DNA of 64,000 bases, taken from NCBI GenBank assembly GCA_041649175.1, contig JBAZNR010000002.1, positions 257,766 through 321,765 of the forward strand, read 5' to 3'. Source of the DNA: Candidatus Omnitrophota bacterium. GTDB taxonomy: Bacteria; Omnitrophota; Gorgyraeia; Zapsychrales; JBAZNR01. The translations under genes were made by a program, and so were the position numbers. Each line of letters opens with the position of its first letter. The first letter of the stretch is position 1. The notes under the pieces were generated by a model. It saw only the letters and a list, made by a program, of their open reading frames with translations, was not told where the DNA came from and searched no databases. Positions 29,822 to 39,389 of this stretch are shown here, one piece after another.

Positions 29822-30746
29822 GCTTTTATTGATTTTTGCCTTGCTTGGCATTTTCTCCACCTTAACGCCTTTAAGCTTTGCCGCGGATAACACCATCATC
29901 GCCGTTGTTAATGATGAGCTCATCGCGCTTAAAGACCTTCAGGATTACCTTACCGCTATTGCGATGCAACTAGAAGCCGAAGGCAAAAGCCCCGAGGAAA
30001 TAAACAAGGCTATGGAAAGCTATCAACAGCGGGGATTAGAACGTTTGATCGAAGATAAGTTGCTCGTCATTGAAGCTGACCGTAAGCAAATGGTTTTTCG
30101 GAATAACGCTGTTGAAGATAAACTCAACGAGCTTAAGCGCCGTTACGCGTCACCCCATGATTTTGAACAAGACTTGCTGGCCGCCGGCCTGACGATCAGC
30201 GATCTTAAAAAGAAGATCCTCGATCAGCTAAAAAGCAAATACATCGTTGAAATGGAAGTAAAGGCAAAGGTCTTTGTTAATCCGCAAGAGGTCACAGATT
30301 ATTATCAAAAAAATCCCCAGAACTTTCTCTGGCCGGAACAAGCCAAGGTGCAATCTATTTTTATTCCGTATGAAAACGATAAAAAGCTCGCGAACCAAAA
30401 AGCCAAAGAAGCGCTTCATCGCCTGAAAAAAGGCGAAGATTTTATCGTCCTGGAAAAAGAATATTCCAAACTGCCTTCCATTGGCATGGTTTTAAAAGGA
30501 CAGCTTTTACCGGCTTTGGAAGACGCGATTTTCTCTCTCAATGCCAATGAACTATCACCCGCGATTGAAGTAGAAAACGGCATTTATATTTTTAAACTCA
30601 TTGAAAAGATCCCGCCGCAACAAGCCTCTTTGGAAGATGCCAAAAACTCTATTCGTAATCAACTTTTCCAGGAAAAATTTCAGGAGCGCCTGCGTCGGTG
30701 GCTGGATGAATTAAAGAAAAAGGCGTACATTGAGATCAAGAAATAA
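29805..30746 (+). CDS. surA: SurA-like periplasmic chaperone / parvulin-type peptidyl-prolyl isomerase
   Basis: 313 aa. Signal peptide, SurA_N-like helical domain, then a PpiC-type segment (…DFIVLEKEYSK…GQLLPALEDAIFSLNANELSPAIEVENGIYIFKL). Synteny surA-pdxA-ksgA. Confidence 0.6.
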   Translation: MKRHLKLLLIFALLGIFSTLTPLSFAADNTIIAVVNDELIALKDLQDYLTAIAMQLEAEGKSPEEINKAMESYQQRGLERLIEDKLLVIEADRKQMVFRNNAVEDKLNELKRRYASPHDFEQDLLAAGLTISDLKKKILDQLKSKYIVEMEVKAKVFVNPQEVTDYYQKNPQNFLWPEQAKVQSIFIPYENDKKLANQKAKEALHRLKKGEDFIVLEKEYSKLPSIGMVLKGQLLPALEDAIFSLNANELSPAIEVENGIYIFKLIEKIPPQQASLEDAKNSIRNQLFQEKFQERLRRWLDELKKKAYIEIKK

Positions 30747-31671
30747 GACAATTCTGATCACCACCGGAGACCCCGGCGGCATCGGCCCGGAAATAATCTT
30801 AAGGTCACTTCGTGATCCCGCCATCAGCCGGCTCGCGCGCTTTATCATTATCGGCGATCAGAAAAACTATCCGGCTTCGCTCAAAGACCTGCCTGCGCCT
30901 CATGAATTTCTCGATCTCGCGCATTCCTTTGCTCATCGCATTGTCATCGGAGACACCAACCCATTTAACGCGCGCGCGTCTTTAGCCTATTTGAACAAAG
31001 CGATCTCGCTATTAAAAGAGAACAAAGCCGCCGGACTTGTCACGGCTCCCATTTGTAAAGAATCCATTTGTTCTCTTGGGAAAAAATTTTCCGGACACAC
31101 CGAATATCTCGCCCAGGCATTTCATGTTAAGAAATTCGATATGATGTTCGTCGCCGGAAAGTTGAAAGTCGTCACCGCAACCCGTCATATTCCCATCAAT
31201 AAACTACACTCCGCCATCACAAAAGAACGTGTTTTAGCGAGTATTGTTCTTCCAACACAAATATTAAAGAAGCATTTCAAGATCCATAAACCAAAAATCG
31301 CTGTTTGTGGGTTAAACCCTCATGCCGGAGAAAAGGGAACTATCGGCAGAGAAGAAATTGACGAGATCATTCCGGCAATTAAGAAAGCGCAAAAATTAGG
31401 GATAAATGCCTGCGGGCCGTTTTCCGCCGATACATTGTTTTACCCAAAAAACACGGCGCAATATGATTTAATCATTGCCATGTTCCACGACCAAGGCTTG
31501 GCACCTATAAAAGCGTTATATTTTAAAGAATTGGTCAATGTCACTATTGGGCTTCCTATTATTCGAACTTCGCCCGCGCACGGAACCGCTTTTCATCTTG
31601 CCGGAAAAGGGAAAGCCGACGCTTCTTCCATGAAGTCCGCCATTAAACTTGCCGCTCAACTTGTCGGATGA
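30730..31671 (+). CDS. pdxA: 4-hydroxythreonine-4-phosphate dehydrogenase PdxA
   Basis: 313 aa. GDPGGIGPEI…, HTEYL…, NPHAGEKG…, MFHDQGL…SPAHGTAF. Confidence 0.85.
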   Translation: MRSRNKTILITTGDPGGIGPEIILRSLRDPAISRLARFIIIGDQKNYPASLKDLPAPHEFLDLAHSFAHRIVIGDTNPFNARASLAYLNKAISLLKENKAAGLVTAPICKESICSLGKKFSGHTEYLAQAFHVKKFDMMFVAGKLKVVTATRHIPINKLHSAITKERVLASIVLPTQILKKHFKIHKPKIAVCGLNPHAGEKGTIGREEIDEIIPAIKKAQKLGINACGPFSADTLFYPKNTAQYDLIIAMFHDQGLAPIKALYFKELVNVTIGLPIIRTSPAHGTAFHLAGKGKADASSMKSAIKLAAQLVG

Positions 31672-32456
31672 ATTTATCTAATATAAAACCAAAGTACCGC
31701 TTAGGACAAAATTTTCTCATCGACAATAATGTCCTCAATCGCATTGTCACATCATGCGGATTTGAAAAAGATGACCAGGTTTTAGAAATTGGGGCGGGGC
31801 TTGGCGCGCTGACAAGAAATATCGCGCCCATCGTTGGGAAAGTTTTCGCGGTTGAAACCGACCGTCAGCTATGCGAAGAACTTAAAAAAAATTGCCCTCA
31901 AGACAACATTGATATTATTCACGCAGATTTTTTAAAATATAACTTAAGCCTTTTACCTGACGGATTAAAAGCCATCGGAAATCTTCCGTACTACATTTCC
32001 TCACCCATCGTTGGAAAGATCGTTGAATATCGTAAAAAGTTCATTAGCTTATCGATTACCGTTCAGCTTGAATTCGGCAACCGCATGGTGGCATTGCCGT
32101 CTACTAAAGACTACAGCGCCTTTAGCTGTTTTGTTCAATATTACACCGTGCCAAAAATCCTTTTTAAAATTAAAAACTCCTGCTTTAGGCCCAAACCTAA
32201 GGTTGATTCCTGCTTTTTGGATATGCAGATCAGAAAATCTCCGCTTCATCCCGCCAAAAACGAAGAGCTATTATGGAAGATCGTTCACGCCGCCTTCGGG
32301 CAAAGGCGCAAAGTCATTACCAATTCACTTTTGCCTGTCATCCCGAAAGAAAAACTGCTCATTATCCTTGAATCGCTTAAGCTCGCGCCTTCTTTGCGCG
32401 CGGAAAACTTAAGCATCAAAGATTTCGTGGATATAACTAATTTATGTTCTGCTTAG
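31668..32456 (+). CDS. rsmA: 16S rRNA (adenine1518/1519-N6)-dimethyltransferase RsmA/KsgA
   Basis: 262 aa. LGQNFLIDNNVLNRIV…EIGAGLGALT…NLPYYISSPIV. Confidence 0.85.
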   Translation: MNLSNIKPKYRLGQNFLIDNNVLNRIVTSCGFEKDDQVLEIGAGLGALTRNIAPIVGKVFAVETDRQLCEELKKNCPQDNIDIIHADFLKYNLSLLPDGLKAIGNLPYYISSPIVGKIVEYRKKFISLSITVQLEFGNRMVALPSTKDYSAFSCFVQYYTVPKILFKIKNSCFRPKPKVDSCFLDMQIRKSPLHPAKNEELLWKIVHAAFGQRRKVITNSLLPVIPKEKLLIILESLKLAPSLRAENLSIKDFVDITNLCSA

Positions 32457-32460
32457 AGGG

Positions 32461-32886
32461 CTAGATCGAGGGAGAGAACTGCCAGCAATCCTTGAACCAG
32501 CGTTGTTTAAGTTGATCACGCTTATATTCAAAGGCATAATTAAAAACTAGGTCTTGGGATTTTTTACTGATGCGCTCAAACCGAACGCCGAATAAATTTC
32601 CTTTTTCTGATTTGCTCTGCCAAACAACACGGCCCACCGCGTCAATAGGTTCAATATCTTCCGCTAAATAAACAACTAAGTCCAGTTTTTGATCAAGAGA
32701 AATATCATCGTTTGTGTTAAAACACATTCCGGAAGCATTGATATCTTTACTGCAGGCTTGCGCAGGAACTTCATCTTTTTCTTTGCGGTAAAAAAGCTTT
32801 CCTTGTGCTTCCCAGCGCGGTAAGTACCGGCGCTCCGAAGAAGCAAATTTTTGTTCGTTTGAGATTGCGTTTTGAGTGTTCATCAT
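32461..32886 (-). CDS. PilZ-domain (c-di-GMP-binding) protein
   Basis: 141 aa. RRYLPRW (RxxxR) and DINASGMCF (D-x-S-x-x-G) PilZ motifs. Only gene on the minus strand in this region. Confidence 0.6.
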   Translation of the reverse strand: MMNTQNAISNEQKFASSERRYLPRWEAQGKLFYRKEKDEVPAQACSKDINASGMCFNTNDDISLDQKLDLVVYLAEDIEPIDAVGRVVWQSKSEKGNLFGVRFERISKKSQDLVFNYAFEYKRDQLKQRWFKDCWQFSPSI

Positions 32887-32894
32887 TTTCTCCT

Positions 32895-32937
32895 AAAAAA
32901 ATAACCACGTTGTCCCTTTAAAAAAGGGAATCCGTGG
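32895..32937 (-). terminator. intrinsic-terminator-like hairpin plus U-tract inside the 5' leader of the PilZ gene, ending about 8 nt before its RBS (candidate attenuator or riboswitch expression platform)
   Basis: Minus strand reads CCACGGAUUCCCUUUUUUAAAGGGACAACGUGG followed by UUAUUUUUUU, then AGGAGAAAAUGAUG. Confidence 0.4.
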
Positions 32938-33059
32938 CTTTTCTGGTTAGAATATATCACGCAAACCCCAAATGCGCAAGAAACTAATTTTTAAGCCTTT
33001 TATCACTTGACACTGCCCGGGGCAAGTGATACACATAATATAACTATTTTGGTTCTCTT

Positions 33060-33494
33060 ATGAAAAAATATCAAGCGCTTCACATCTTATTGATAACTAT
33101 TGGGTTATGCCTATCTTTTTCCGGCCTTCACACAGTGATCGCGGGAGAAGAAAAAACAACGGCCTATCAGCTGGCTTTACTTCACACTAAGGCACTTTTC
33201 CCCGAAGAAGCAATGATGAATCCGTCTCTTCGTCCGGAAAATGCCGTTATCACAGAATTTCAGTGGCTTTTGGATAGCTTGAGCACGCGCTGTATAAATT
33301 CCCAACCAGAAATTGTTAGCATTATCATCTCTGCCTGGAAACTTGTACGAAGCCGGCACTATGATATCTCGCTTTTAGACGCGACGCGCGGACTGACAAG
33401 AAACGCTTTAAATAAAAGTAAATTCGGGAATACAAAAGTTGATTTTCAAAAAACAAGCGGAATGTGGACTTCGCAATACAAGCCAAAAAAATAA
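33060..33494 (+). CDS. hypothetical secreted protein
   Basis: 144 aa, N-terminal signal/TM (LHILLITIGLCLSFSGL). No recognisable domain. Transcribed divergently from the PilZ gene. Confidence 0.35.
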   Translation: MKKYQALHILLITIGLCLSFSGLHTVIAGEEKTTAYQLALLHTKALFPEEAMMNPSLRPENAVITEFQWLLDSLSTRCINSQPEIVSIIISAWKLVRSRHYDISLLDATRGLTRNALNKSKFGNTKVDFQKTSGMWTSQYKPKK

Positions 33495-33509
33495 GAAAGG
33501 CAAAATAAG

Positions 33510-33893
33510 ATGGAGAAACGCATATTCTTTCATGATACCGATTCAGGTGGCATTGTTTATTACGGAAATTATTTGAAATATCTCGAGGAAGCACGTACCG
33601 AATTTTTGGAAAAAAAAGGCTTAAGTGTCGCCGAGTTTTACGCGCGCGGGCTTTTGTACGCGGTAAGCCAATGCACGATTTTTTATCGCAGTCCGGCCCG
33701 CTACGGTGAAGTGCTTTTGTGTGATGCCAAATTAACAAAAGCAACGGCCGTAAAATTAGTTTTTGACCAAACCATCCATGAGAAAAAGACCGGGCGTTTA
33801 GTCGCGGAAGCCGAAGTAACGCTCGTTTGCCTGAACAAAGAATTCCGCCCGACCGCTATGCCGGATGACCTAAAAGAGATCCTTGAGCGCTGA
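33510..33893 (+). CDS. acyl-CoA thioesterase, hotdog fold (YbgC/4HBT family)
   Basis: 127 aa. MEKRIFFHDTDSGGIVYYGNYLKYLEEARTEFL is the typical YbgC N-terminus. Confidence 0.7.
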   Translation: MEKRIFFHDTDSGGIVYYGNYLKYLEEARTEFLEKKGLSVAEFYARGLLYAVSQCTIFYRSPARYGEVLLCDAKLTKATAVKLVFDQTIHEKKTGRLVAEAEVTLVCLNKEFRPTAMPDDLKEILER

Positions 33894-34030
33894 TCTGCGC
33901 CAATTTTTCACGGTCATTTAAGAGGAAAAGTTGCGGTTTTAATCTTGTCACGCCTATTCTTTGATGGTAGTATATAACTTCACTAAACCATTAAATGCTT
34001 CACATTTCACTGTAATTAGGGAAGGTTACT

Positions 34031-34315
34031 ATGCTTTCAAAAGACGAAGTCCGCTCCATCGCACACTTATCGCGCGTCCATTTACAAGACGATGAGATCC
34101 AAAAACTAACCAAAGATCTCGAGCAGATCCTTCATTATATTGATCAGTTAAGCCAAGTTGACGTCTCAAAAGTTGAACCAACCAGTCATGTCTTACCGCT
34201 AAAAAATGTTTTCCGCGAAGATATTGTTAAGCCGTCGCTGGCACAAAGCGAGGCATTAAAGATTTCCGTATCGCAACACAATGGCTCATTTAAAGTCCCG
34301 CAGGTAATCGAATGA
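34031..34315 (+). CDS. gatC: Asp/Glu-tRNA amidotransferase subunit C
   Basis: 94 aa. GatC-like. Upstream of gatA and gatB. Confidence 0.8.
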   Translation: MLSKDEVRSIAHLSRVHLQDDEIQKLTKDLEQILHYIDQLSQVDVSKVEPTSHVLPLKNVFREDIVKPSLAQSEALKISVSQHNGSFKVPQVIE

Positions 34316-35751
34316 ACCTCAATGAACTAACCGCTCATGAGCTTCTAGAGCTTTTAAAAGCGAAAAAAACGAACGCCCAAGAGATCTTTTCATCGTTTAG
34401 GCAACAGATCCAAAAAGTTGACGGAAGAGTGAAAGCCTTTGTGCGGCTTCACGAGCAGGACAATAAAGAAAATTCTACGAATGGAAAGTTAGCCGGAATT
34501 CCTATCGCCATCAAAGATAATATTTGCATCAACGGTGCCGAGACAACCTGCGCTTCACATATCCTTAAAGGTTTTAAACCGCCGTACGATGCCACCGTTA
34601 TTGAAAAACTTAAAAAATCCGGAACAAACTTTTTAGGCCAAGTGAACATGGACGAATTTGCGTTCGGCTCTTCAACCGAAAATTCTCATTATGGCCCGAC
34701 GCACAATCCCTGGAATCTTGATCATGTTCCTGGCGGCTCCAGCGGCGGCTCCGCCGCCGCCGTCGCCGCCCACGAAACTCCGTGGGCTTTAGGCTCCGAT
34801 ACCGGAGGCTCTATCCGTCAACCGGCATCTTTTTGCGGCGTGGTCGGTTTAAAACCAACGTACGGACGCGTTTCGCGTTACGGACTTATCGCGTTTGCAT
34901 CCAGCCTTGATCAAATCGGGCCGATCACCAAAGACGTTTACGACTGCGCTTTATTGTTAAATATTATTTCCGGGCATGATGAAAAAGATTCCACCTCCGC
35001 CGAAATCCCAGTTACAGATTTCACCGCAAAACTTGACGGAAATGTTAAGGGCCTTCGTATTGGAATTCCCAAAGAATATTTTATTGAAGGGCTTGATAAA
35101 GAAGTCCATGGTGCCACCACCGCCGCCATTGAACAGTTAAAGAAAATGGGCGCAAGCTTCAAAGAAGTTTCCTTGCCGCACACCTCATTCGCGGTTGCAA
35201 CGTATTATATTGTAGCAACGGCCGAAGCAAGCTCGAATTTAGCGCGTTTTGACGGCGTACAATACGGATTGCGCCAGCAACCTAAAGCCACGCGGCGGTC
35301 AGCTTTGATCGACATGTATGAAGAAACAAGGGACGCTGGGTTTGGCGCGGAAGCAAAACGGCGCATTATGCTGGGAACATATTCGCTTTCCGCCGGATAT
35401 TATGACGCTTATTATCTGCGCGGGCAAAAAGTAAGAACGCTTATCAAAAATGATTTTGATAAAGTTTTTACGGAATTTGACGCGGTTATTTCACCCACAT
35501 CGCCGACAACGGCCTTCCGCATCGGAGAAAAATCGTCCGACCCATTATCCATGTATCTTTCGGATATTTATACCATCTCGGCTAATTTAGCCGGTATTCC
35601 GGCAATTTCTATTCCGTGCGGATTTGGGAAAAATAATTTACCCATCGGATTACAGCTAATGACAAAACCTTTTGACGAAGAAACATTATTGCGCATCGCT
35701 TTTTCTTATGAGCAAAATACAAATTGGCACAAACAAAAAGTATCGTTATGA
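34312..35751 (+). CDS. gatA: Asp/Glu-tRNA amidotransferase subunit A
   Basis: 479 aa. Amidase signature (GGSSGGSAAAVAA…GSDTGGSIRQPASFCG). Confidence 0.9.
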   Translation: MNLNELTAHELLELLKAKKTNAQEIFSSFRQQIQKVDGRVKAFVRLHEQDNKENSTNGKLAGIPIAIKDNICINGAETTCASHILKGFKPPYDATVIEKLKKSGTNFLGQVNMDEFAFGSSTENSHYGPTHNPWNLDHVPGGSSGGSAAAVAAHETPWALGSDTGGSIRQPASFCGVVGLKPTYGRVSRYGLIAFASSLDQIGPITKDVYDCALLLNIISGHDEKDSTSAEIPVTDFTAKLDGNVKGLRIGIPKEYFIEGLDKEVHGATTAAIEQLKKMGASFKEVSLPHTSFAVATYYIVATAEASSNLARFDGVQYGLRQQPKATRRSALIDMYEETRDAGFGAEAKRRIMLGTYSLSAGYYDAYYLRGQKVRTLIKNDFDKVFTEFDAVISPTSPTTAFRIGEKSSDPLSMYLSDIYTISANLAGIPAISIPCGFGKNNLPIGLQLMTKPFDEETLLRIAFSYEQNTNWHKQKVSL

Positions 35752-37184
35752 CCGAATTTGAAACAGTAATAGGGCTAGAGGTCCACTTGCAATTTAACAC
35801 CGCCACAAAAATATTTTGCGGCTGTGCTAATCAATTCGGGCAAGCTCCTAATTCTCAAACCTGTCCGGTTTGCCTCGGGCTTCCCGGGACTTTGCCCGTG
35901 TTTAATAAAAAAGCCTTAGATTATGCCATCAAAGTCGCTCTGGCCTTAAATTGCTCCATTAATCCTTACATTAAATTCGACCGGAAGAATTATTATTATC
36001 CCGATCTCCCCAAAGGCTATCAAATATCGCAATACGATCTGCCGATCGCCAATCACGGATTTTTGATGGTTAAAACCGGGAACGAGCTTAAAAAGATCAA
36101 TATCAAGCGCGCGCACTTGGAAGAAGACGCCGGAAAGCTTATTCACGACGCGTCGAATAACTGTAGCCTCGTGGATTATAACCGCACCGGAACACCTCTC
36201 ATGGAGATCGTCAGCGATCCGGATATGCGCACGCCCCAAGAAGCTTACGATTACTTAACAACGCTCAAACTTACGCTGCAATATTTAGACGTGTCCGATT
36301 GCGATATGGAAAAGGGAAGCTTGCGCTGCGACGCCAATGTCTCTCTTCGAAAAAAAGGTGATAAAGAGCTCGGCGTTAAAACAGAGATCAAAAATCTCAA
36401 TTCCTTCAAAGCCGTTAAAGCGGCTCTGGAATTTGAGGAAAAGCGTCAAGAAAAAATGATCTTAGCCGGGGAGCGCATCATTCAGGAAACCCGCCTTTGG
36501 GACGACGCCAAGGAGATGACCAATTCCATGCGCAGTAAAGAAGAAGCGCATGATTACCGTTATTTTCCGGAACCGGACTTGGTTCCGTTTATCGCCGGAC
36601 AAAACGTGATCGACACTATTAAGAATTCCATGCCGGAACTTCCTCCGCAAAAATTTGACCGTTTTGTCAAACAGTACGGCTTATCCGAATACGACGCCAA
36701 TGTCCTTATTCAAGATAAAAAGTTGTCCGCGTTCTTTGAGAAATGCGCCGCAAAATCTAATTTAACAAAAAAAGTCTGCAACTGGATCATCGGCCCATTA
36801 ATGAGTGAACTGAATTCCAGAAAAAAAGACATCAACGCGATCAGCTTAACTCCCGAAAACCTTATTTCTCTTATCGAGAAAGTAGAAGACGCCACCATCA
36901 GCAATTTAACCGCTAAAGATATTTTACCGCTTTTGATCGATTCGGGAAAAACGGCCGAGCAAATTATCCAAGAAAAAGGATTAGCACAAGTTTCAGACGA
37001 CAGCGCCTTAGAAAAAATTGTCGATGAAGTTATTTCAGAGAACGCGTCCATTGTTCAACAGATCAAACAGGGAAAAGAAAGCGCCATGGGTTTTCTGGTC
37101 GGCCAATCAATGAAAAAAACCGCCGGAAAAGCCAACCCTAAAAAGATCGGTGATATCATTAAAAGGAGGCTTACCAATGTTTAA
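35748..37184 (+). CDS. gatB: Asp/Glu-tRNA amidotransferase subunit B
   Basis: Start at ATG giving MTEFETVIGLEVHLQ, overlapping the gatA stop (ATGA). GatB core and C-terminal GatB/YqeY domain. Confidence 0.9.
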   Translation: MTEFETVIGLEVHLQFNTATKIFCGCANQFGQAPNSQTCPVCLGLPGTLPVFNKKALDYAIKVALALNCSINPYIKFDRKNYYYPDLPKGYQISQYDLPIANHGFLMVKTGNELKKINIKRAHLEEDAGKLIHDASNNCSLVDYNRTGTPLMEIVSDPDMRTPQEAYDYLTTLKLTLQYLDVSDCDMEKGSLRCDANVSLRKKGDKELGVKTEIKNLNSFKAVKAALEFEEKRQEKMILAGERIIQETRLWDDAKEMTNSMRSKEEAHDYRYFPEPDLVPFIAGQNVIDTIKNSMPELPPQKFDRFVKQYGLSEYDANVLIQDKKLSAFFEKCAAKSNLTKKVCNWIIGPLMSELNSRKKDINAISLTPENLISLIEKVEDATISNLTAKDILPLLIDSGKTAEQIIQEKGLAQVSDDSALEKIVDEVISENASIVQQIKQGKESAMGFLVGQSMKKTAGKANPKKIGDIIKRRLTNV

Positions 37185-38541
37185 GCGGTTTTCCGTTATT
37201 CCACTCTCGATTCTTCTTTTGGCCATTTTGATCGGCCCGGCCATTTGCCAAATTGACCAAAAAGCCAAAGACGACCTTTACCAACAAGTTGAGCTTTTTA
37301 GTTATGCCCTCACAACCGTTCAATCGGAATATGCCGAAGAGCCTGCCGCCAAAGACCTTATTTACGGATCTTTAAAGGGAATGCTGGCCTCACTTGATCC
37401 GCACAGCCAATTTCTTTCTCCGGATGATTACAAAGAACTCAAAACAGAAACCGAAGGGAAATTCGGCGGGCTGGGCATTGAAATATCTGTGCGCGACGGG
37501 CTTTTAACCGTTATCACGCCACTAGAAGACACCCCGGCGTGGAAAGTCGGATTAAAACCGGGAGATAAGATCGTTAAAATAGAAGACGAATTAACCCGCG
37601 ACATGACGCTCGATGATGCTGTTAAGAAATTACGCGGCAAACCTGGAACCGATGTCAATATAACGATCTTGCGCGAATCCGAATTCAAAATTCACGAATT
37701 CAAGATCACCCGCGAGATCATCCATGTCCAAGACGTCAAAGACCCCATGATCTTAGAAGACACCATCGGCTACGTGCGATTGGCCGAATTCAGAGAAGAT
37801 TCCGCCAAAGATTTTCATAAAGCCCTAATGCAAATAAAAGACCAGGGAGCCGACAGCCTCATTTTGGATCTGCGCAATAATCCCGGTGGGCTTTTGAATG
37901 TCGCCATTGACATTACCCAAGAATTTTTACCGGAAGGAATGGTTGTCGTTTCCACCAAAGGCCGCCATCCATCCTTGAATACTGAAACAAAATCAACGAA
38001 CAAAAGCACCGACTTTACCACGCTTCCGATCGTGGTTTTGATCAATGAGGGAAGCGCTTCGGGAAGCGAGATCTTGGCAGGAGCTTTAAAAGATAATAAG
38101 CGCGCCATTATTTTGGGCGAGAAATCATTCGGAAAAGGGTCCGTTCAATCAGTCGTCCCACTGCCTGACGGCTCGGCACTTCGTTTAACGACCAGCAAAT
38201 ATTTTACGCCATCGGGAGTTTCGATCCATAATGTCGGGATCATCCCGGATATCGTCGTTGCTAAGATCTTTAAAGACGAGACGGAAGGATCTCCCGAAAA
38301 AAGCCTTAAAGAAAACGTCGATAAAATATTTAACAACATTGAAGAGAACGGCGCGCAAGAAAAATCAAAAGAGCCTGAAGGCGCCACGGTTCAAGAAGGC
38401 GACAAGCCTGCCGAAACAAAAGAAGCAAAAGAAGTAAAAGAACCGGAAGCCAAGAAAAAGCTTTTAGAGGATAATCAGGTGCAAAGCGCTATCAGCGTTC
38501 TTAAAGGCATCAAAGTTTATACAAAACTTAAAAACCCGTAA
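37177..38541 (+). CDS. ctpA: carboxyl-terminal processing protease (S41 family) with PDZ domain
   Basis: Start at the ATG after the AGGAGG RBS (MFKRFSVIPLSILLL…). PDZ (…GLKPGDKIVKIEDE…). S41 catalytic region (…NNPGGLL…, GSASGSEIL…GEKSFGKGSVQ). Confidence 0.8.
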   Translation: MFKRFSVIPLSILLLAILIGPAICQIDQKAKDDLYQQVELFSYALTTVQSEYAEEPAAKDLIYGSLKGMLASLDPHSQFLSPDDYKELKTETEGKFGGLGIEISVRDGLLTVITPLEDTPAWKVGLKPGDKIVKIEDELTRDMTLDDAVKKLRGKPGTDVNITILRESEFKIHEFKITREIIHVQDVKDPMILEDTIGYVRLAEFREDSAKDFHKALMQIKDQGADSLILDLRNNPGGLLNVAIDITQEFLPEGMVVVSTKGRHPSLNTETKSTNKSTDFTTLPIVVLINEGSASGSEILAGALKDNKRAIILGEKSFGKGSVQSVVPLPDGSALRLTTSKYFTPSGVSIHNVGIIPDIVVAKIFKDETEGSPEKSLKENVDKIFNNIEENGAQEKSKEPEGATVQEGDKPAETKEAKEVKEPEAKKKLLEDNQVQSAISVLKGIKVYTKLKNP

Positions 38542-38546
38542 AACTT

Positions 38547-39389
38547 ATGGCGCCACTTTCACGCGGACCAAACATCAAAGATGTCATTATCGGAGTTCTG
38601 CTTTTCGTCATTGCTCTCCAGGGGTTTTTGCTTTTTTCCACACAAAAGAAAAAGGCTCCTCATAAGAAAAGGCCCGCTATCACCAAGCCTTTAGCCGCAA
38701 AGCCAAAACCTCAGAAAACAATCGGGAATATCGTCATTATCATTGACGACTGGGGATACAGCATCGACCGCTGTTCTCATTTGCGAAAGATAAAATCGCC
38801 GGTGACCGTATCTATTCTTCCTAATCTTGAGTACAGCACCGAAATAGCCGCCTGCGCGCACCATAACGGCAAAGAAGTCATGCTGCATCTTCCCATGGAA
38901 CCGCATAAATTTTTTGAACAATATCCAAAAGGCTATCTGATCTCCTCAAATATGAGCAAGGCGCAAGTGGAATCCATTATCAGCAGAGCGCTCGACAATG
39001 TTCCGTATGTTTCCGGTGTCAATAACCATATGGGCTCACGGATCACAGAGAGCAAGCGCATTATGCCTATTGTCTTTGACGCTTTGAAAAAGAAGAATTT
39101 GTTTTTTGTCGATAGCTTTGTCACCGCAAAGTCCGTTTGCGCGAAAATAGCCGCGGAAATGAAAATGCCGTTCGCGCAACGAAACATCTTCCTCGACAAC
39201 GAGAACAAACGCGAATATATCGAAGGGCAATTCGCCCAGCTCGCCCAAGAAGCGCGAGAAAAAGGATCTGCTATCGCCATAGGGCACGACAGGGAATTGT
39301 CACTAGAAATTATCGCGGAACAAACCGAACTTTTAGAAAAACAAGGTTTTAAATTTATCACGGTCGCCGAATACCTTAGCTTAAGATGA
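38547..39389 (+). CDS. divergent polysaccharide deacetylase family protein (YibQ-like)
   Basis: 280 aa. N-terminal TM then IVIIIDDWGYSIDRCSHLRKIKSPVTVSILP…HLPMEP, typical of the YibQ family. Confidence 0.6.
   Translation: MAPLSRGPNIKDVIIGVLLFVIALQGFLLFSTQKKKAPHKKRPAITKPLAAKPKPQKTIGNIVIIIDDWGYSIDRCSHLRKIKSPVTVSILPNLEYSTEIAACAHHNGKEVMLHLPMEPHKFFEQYPKGYLISSNMSKAQVESIISRALDNVPYVSGVNNHMGSRITESKRIMPIVFDALKKKNLFFVDSFVTAKSVCAKIAAEMKMPFAQRNIFLDNENKREYIEGQFAQLAQEAREKGSAIAIGHDRELSLEIIAEQTELLEKQGFKFITVAEYLSLR

Noticed and set aside
32887-33059. c-di-GMP-I (GEMM) riboswitch in the PilZ leader
   Set aside because: By eye I could not align the leader to the GEMM two-hairpin consensus with GNRA tetraloop and receptor. 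Retained only as a generic attenuator candidate pending an Infernal scan.
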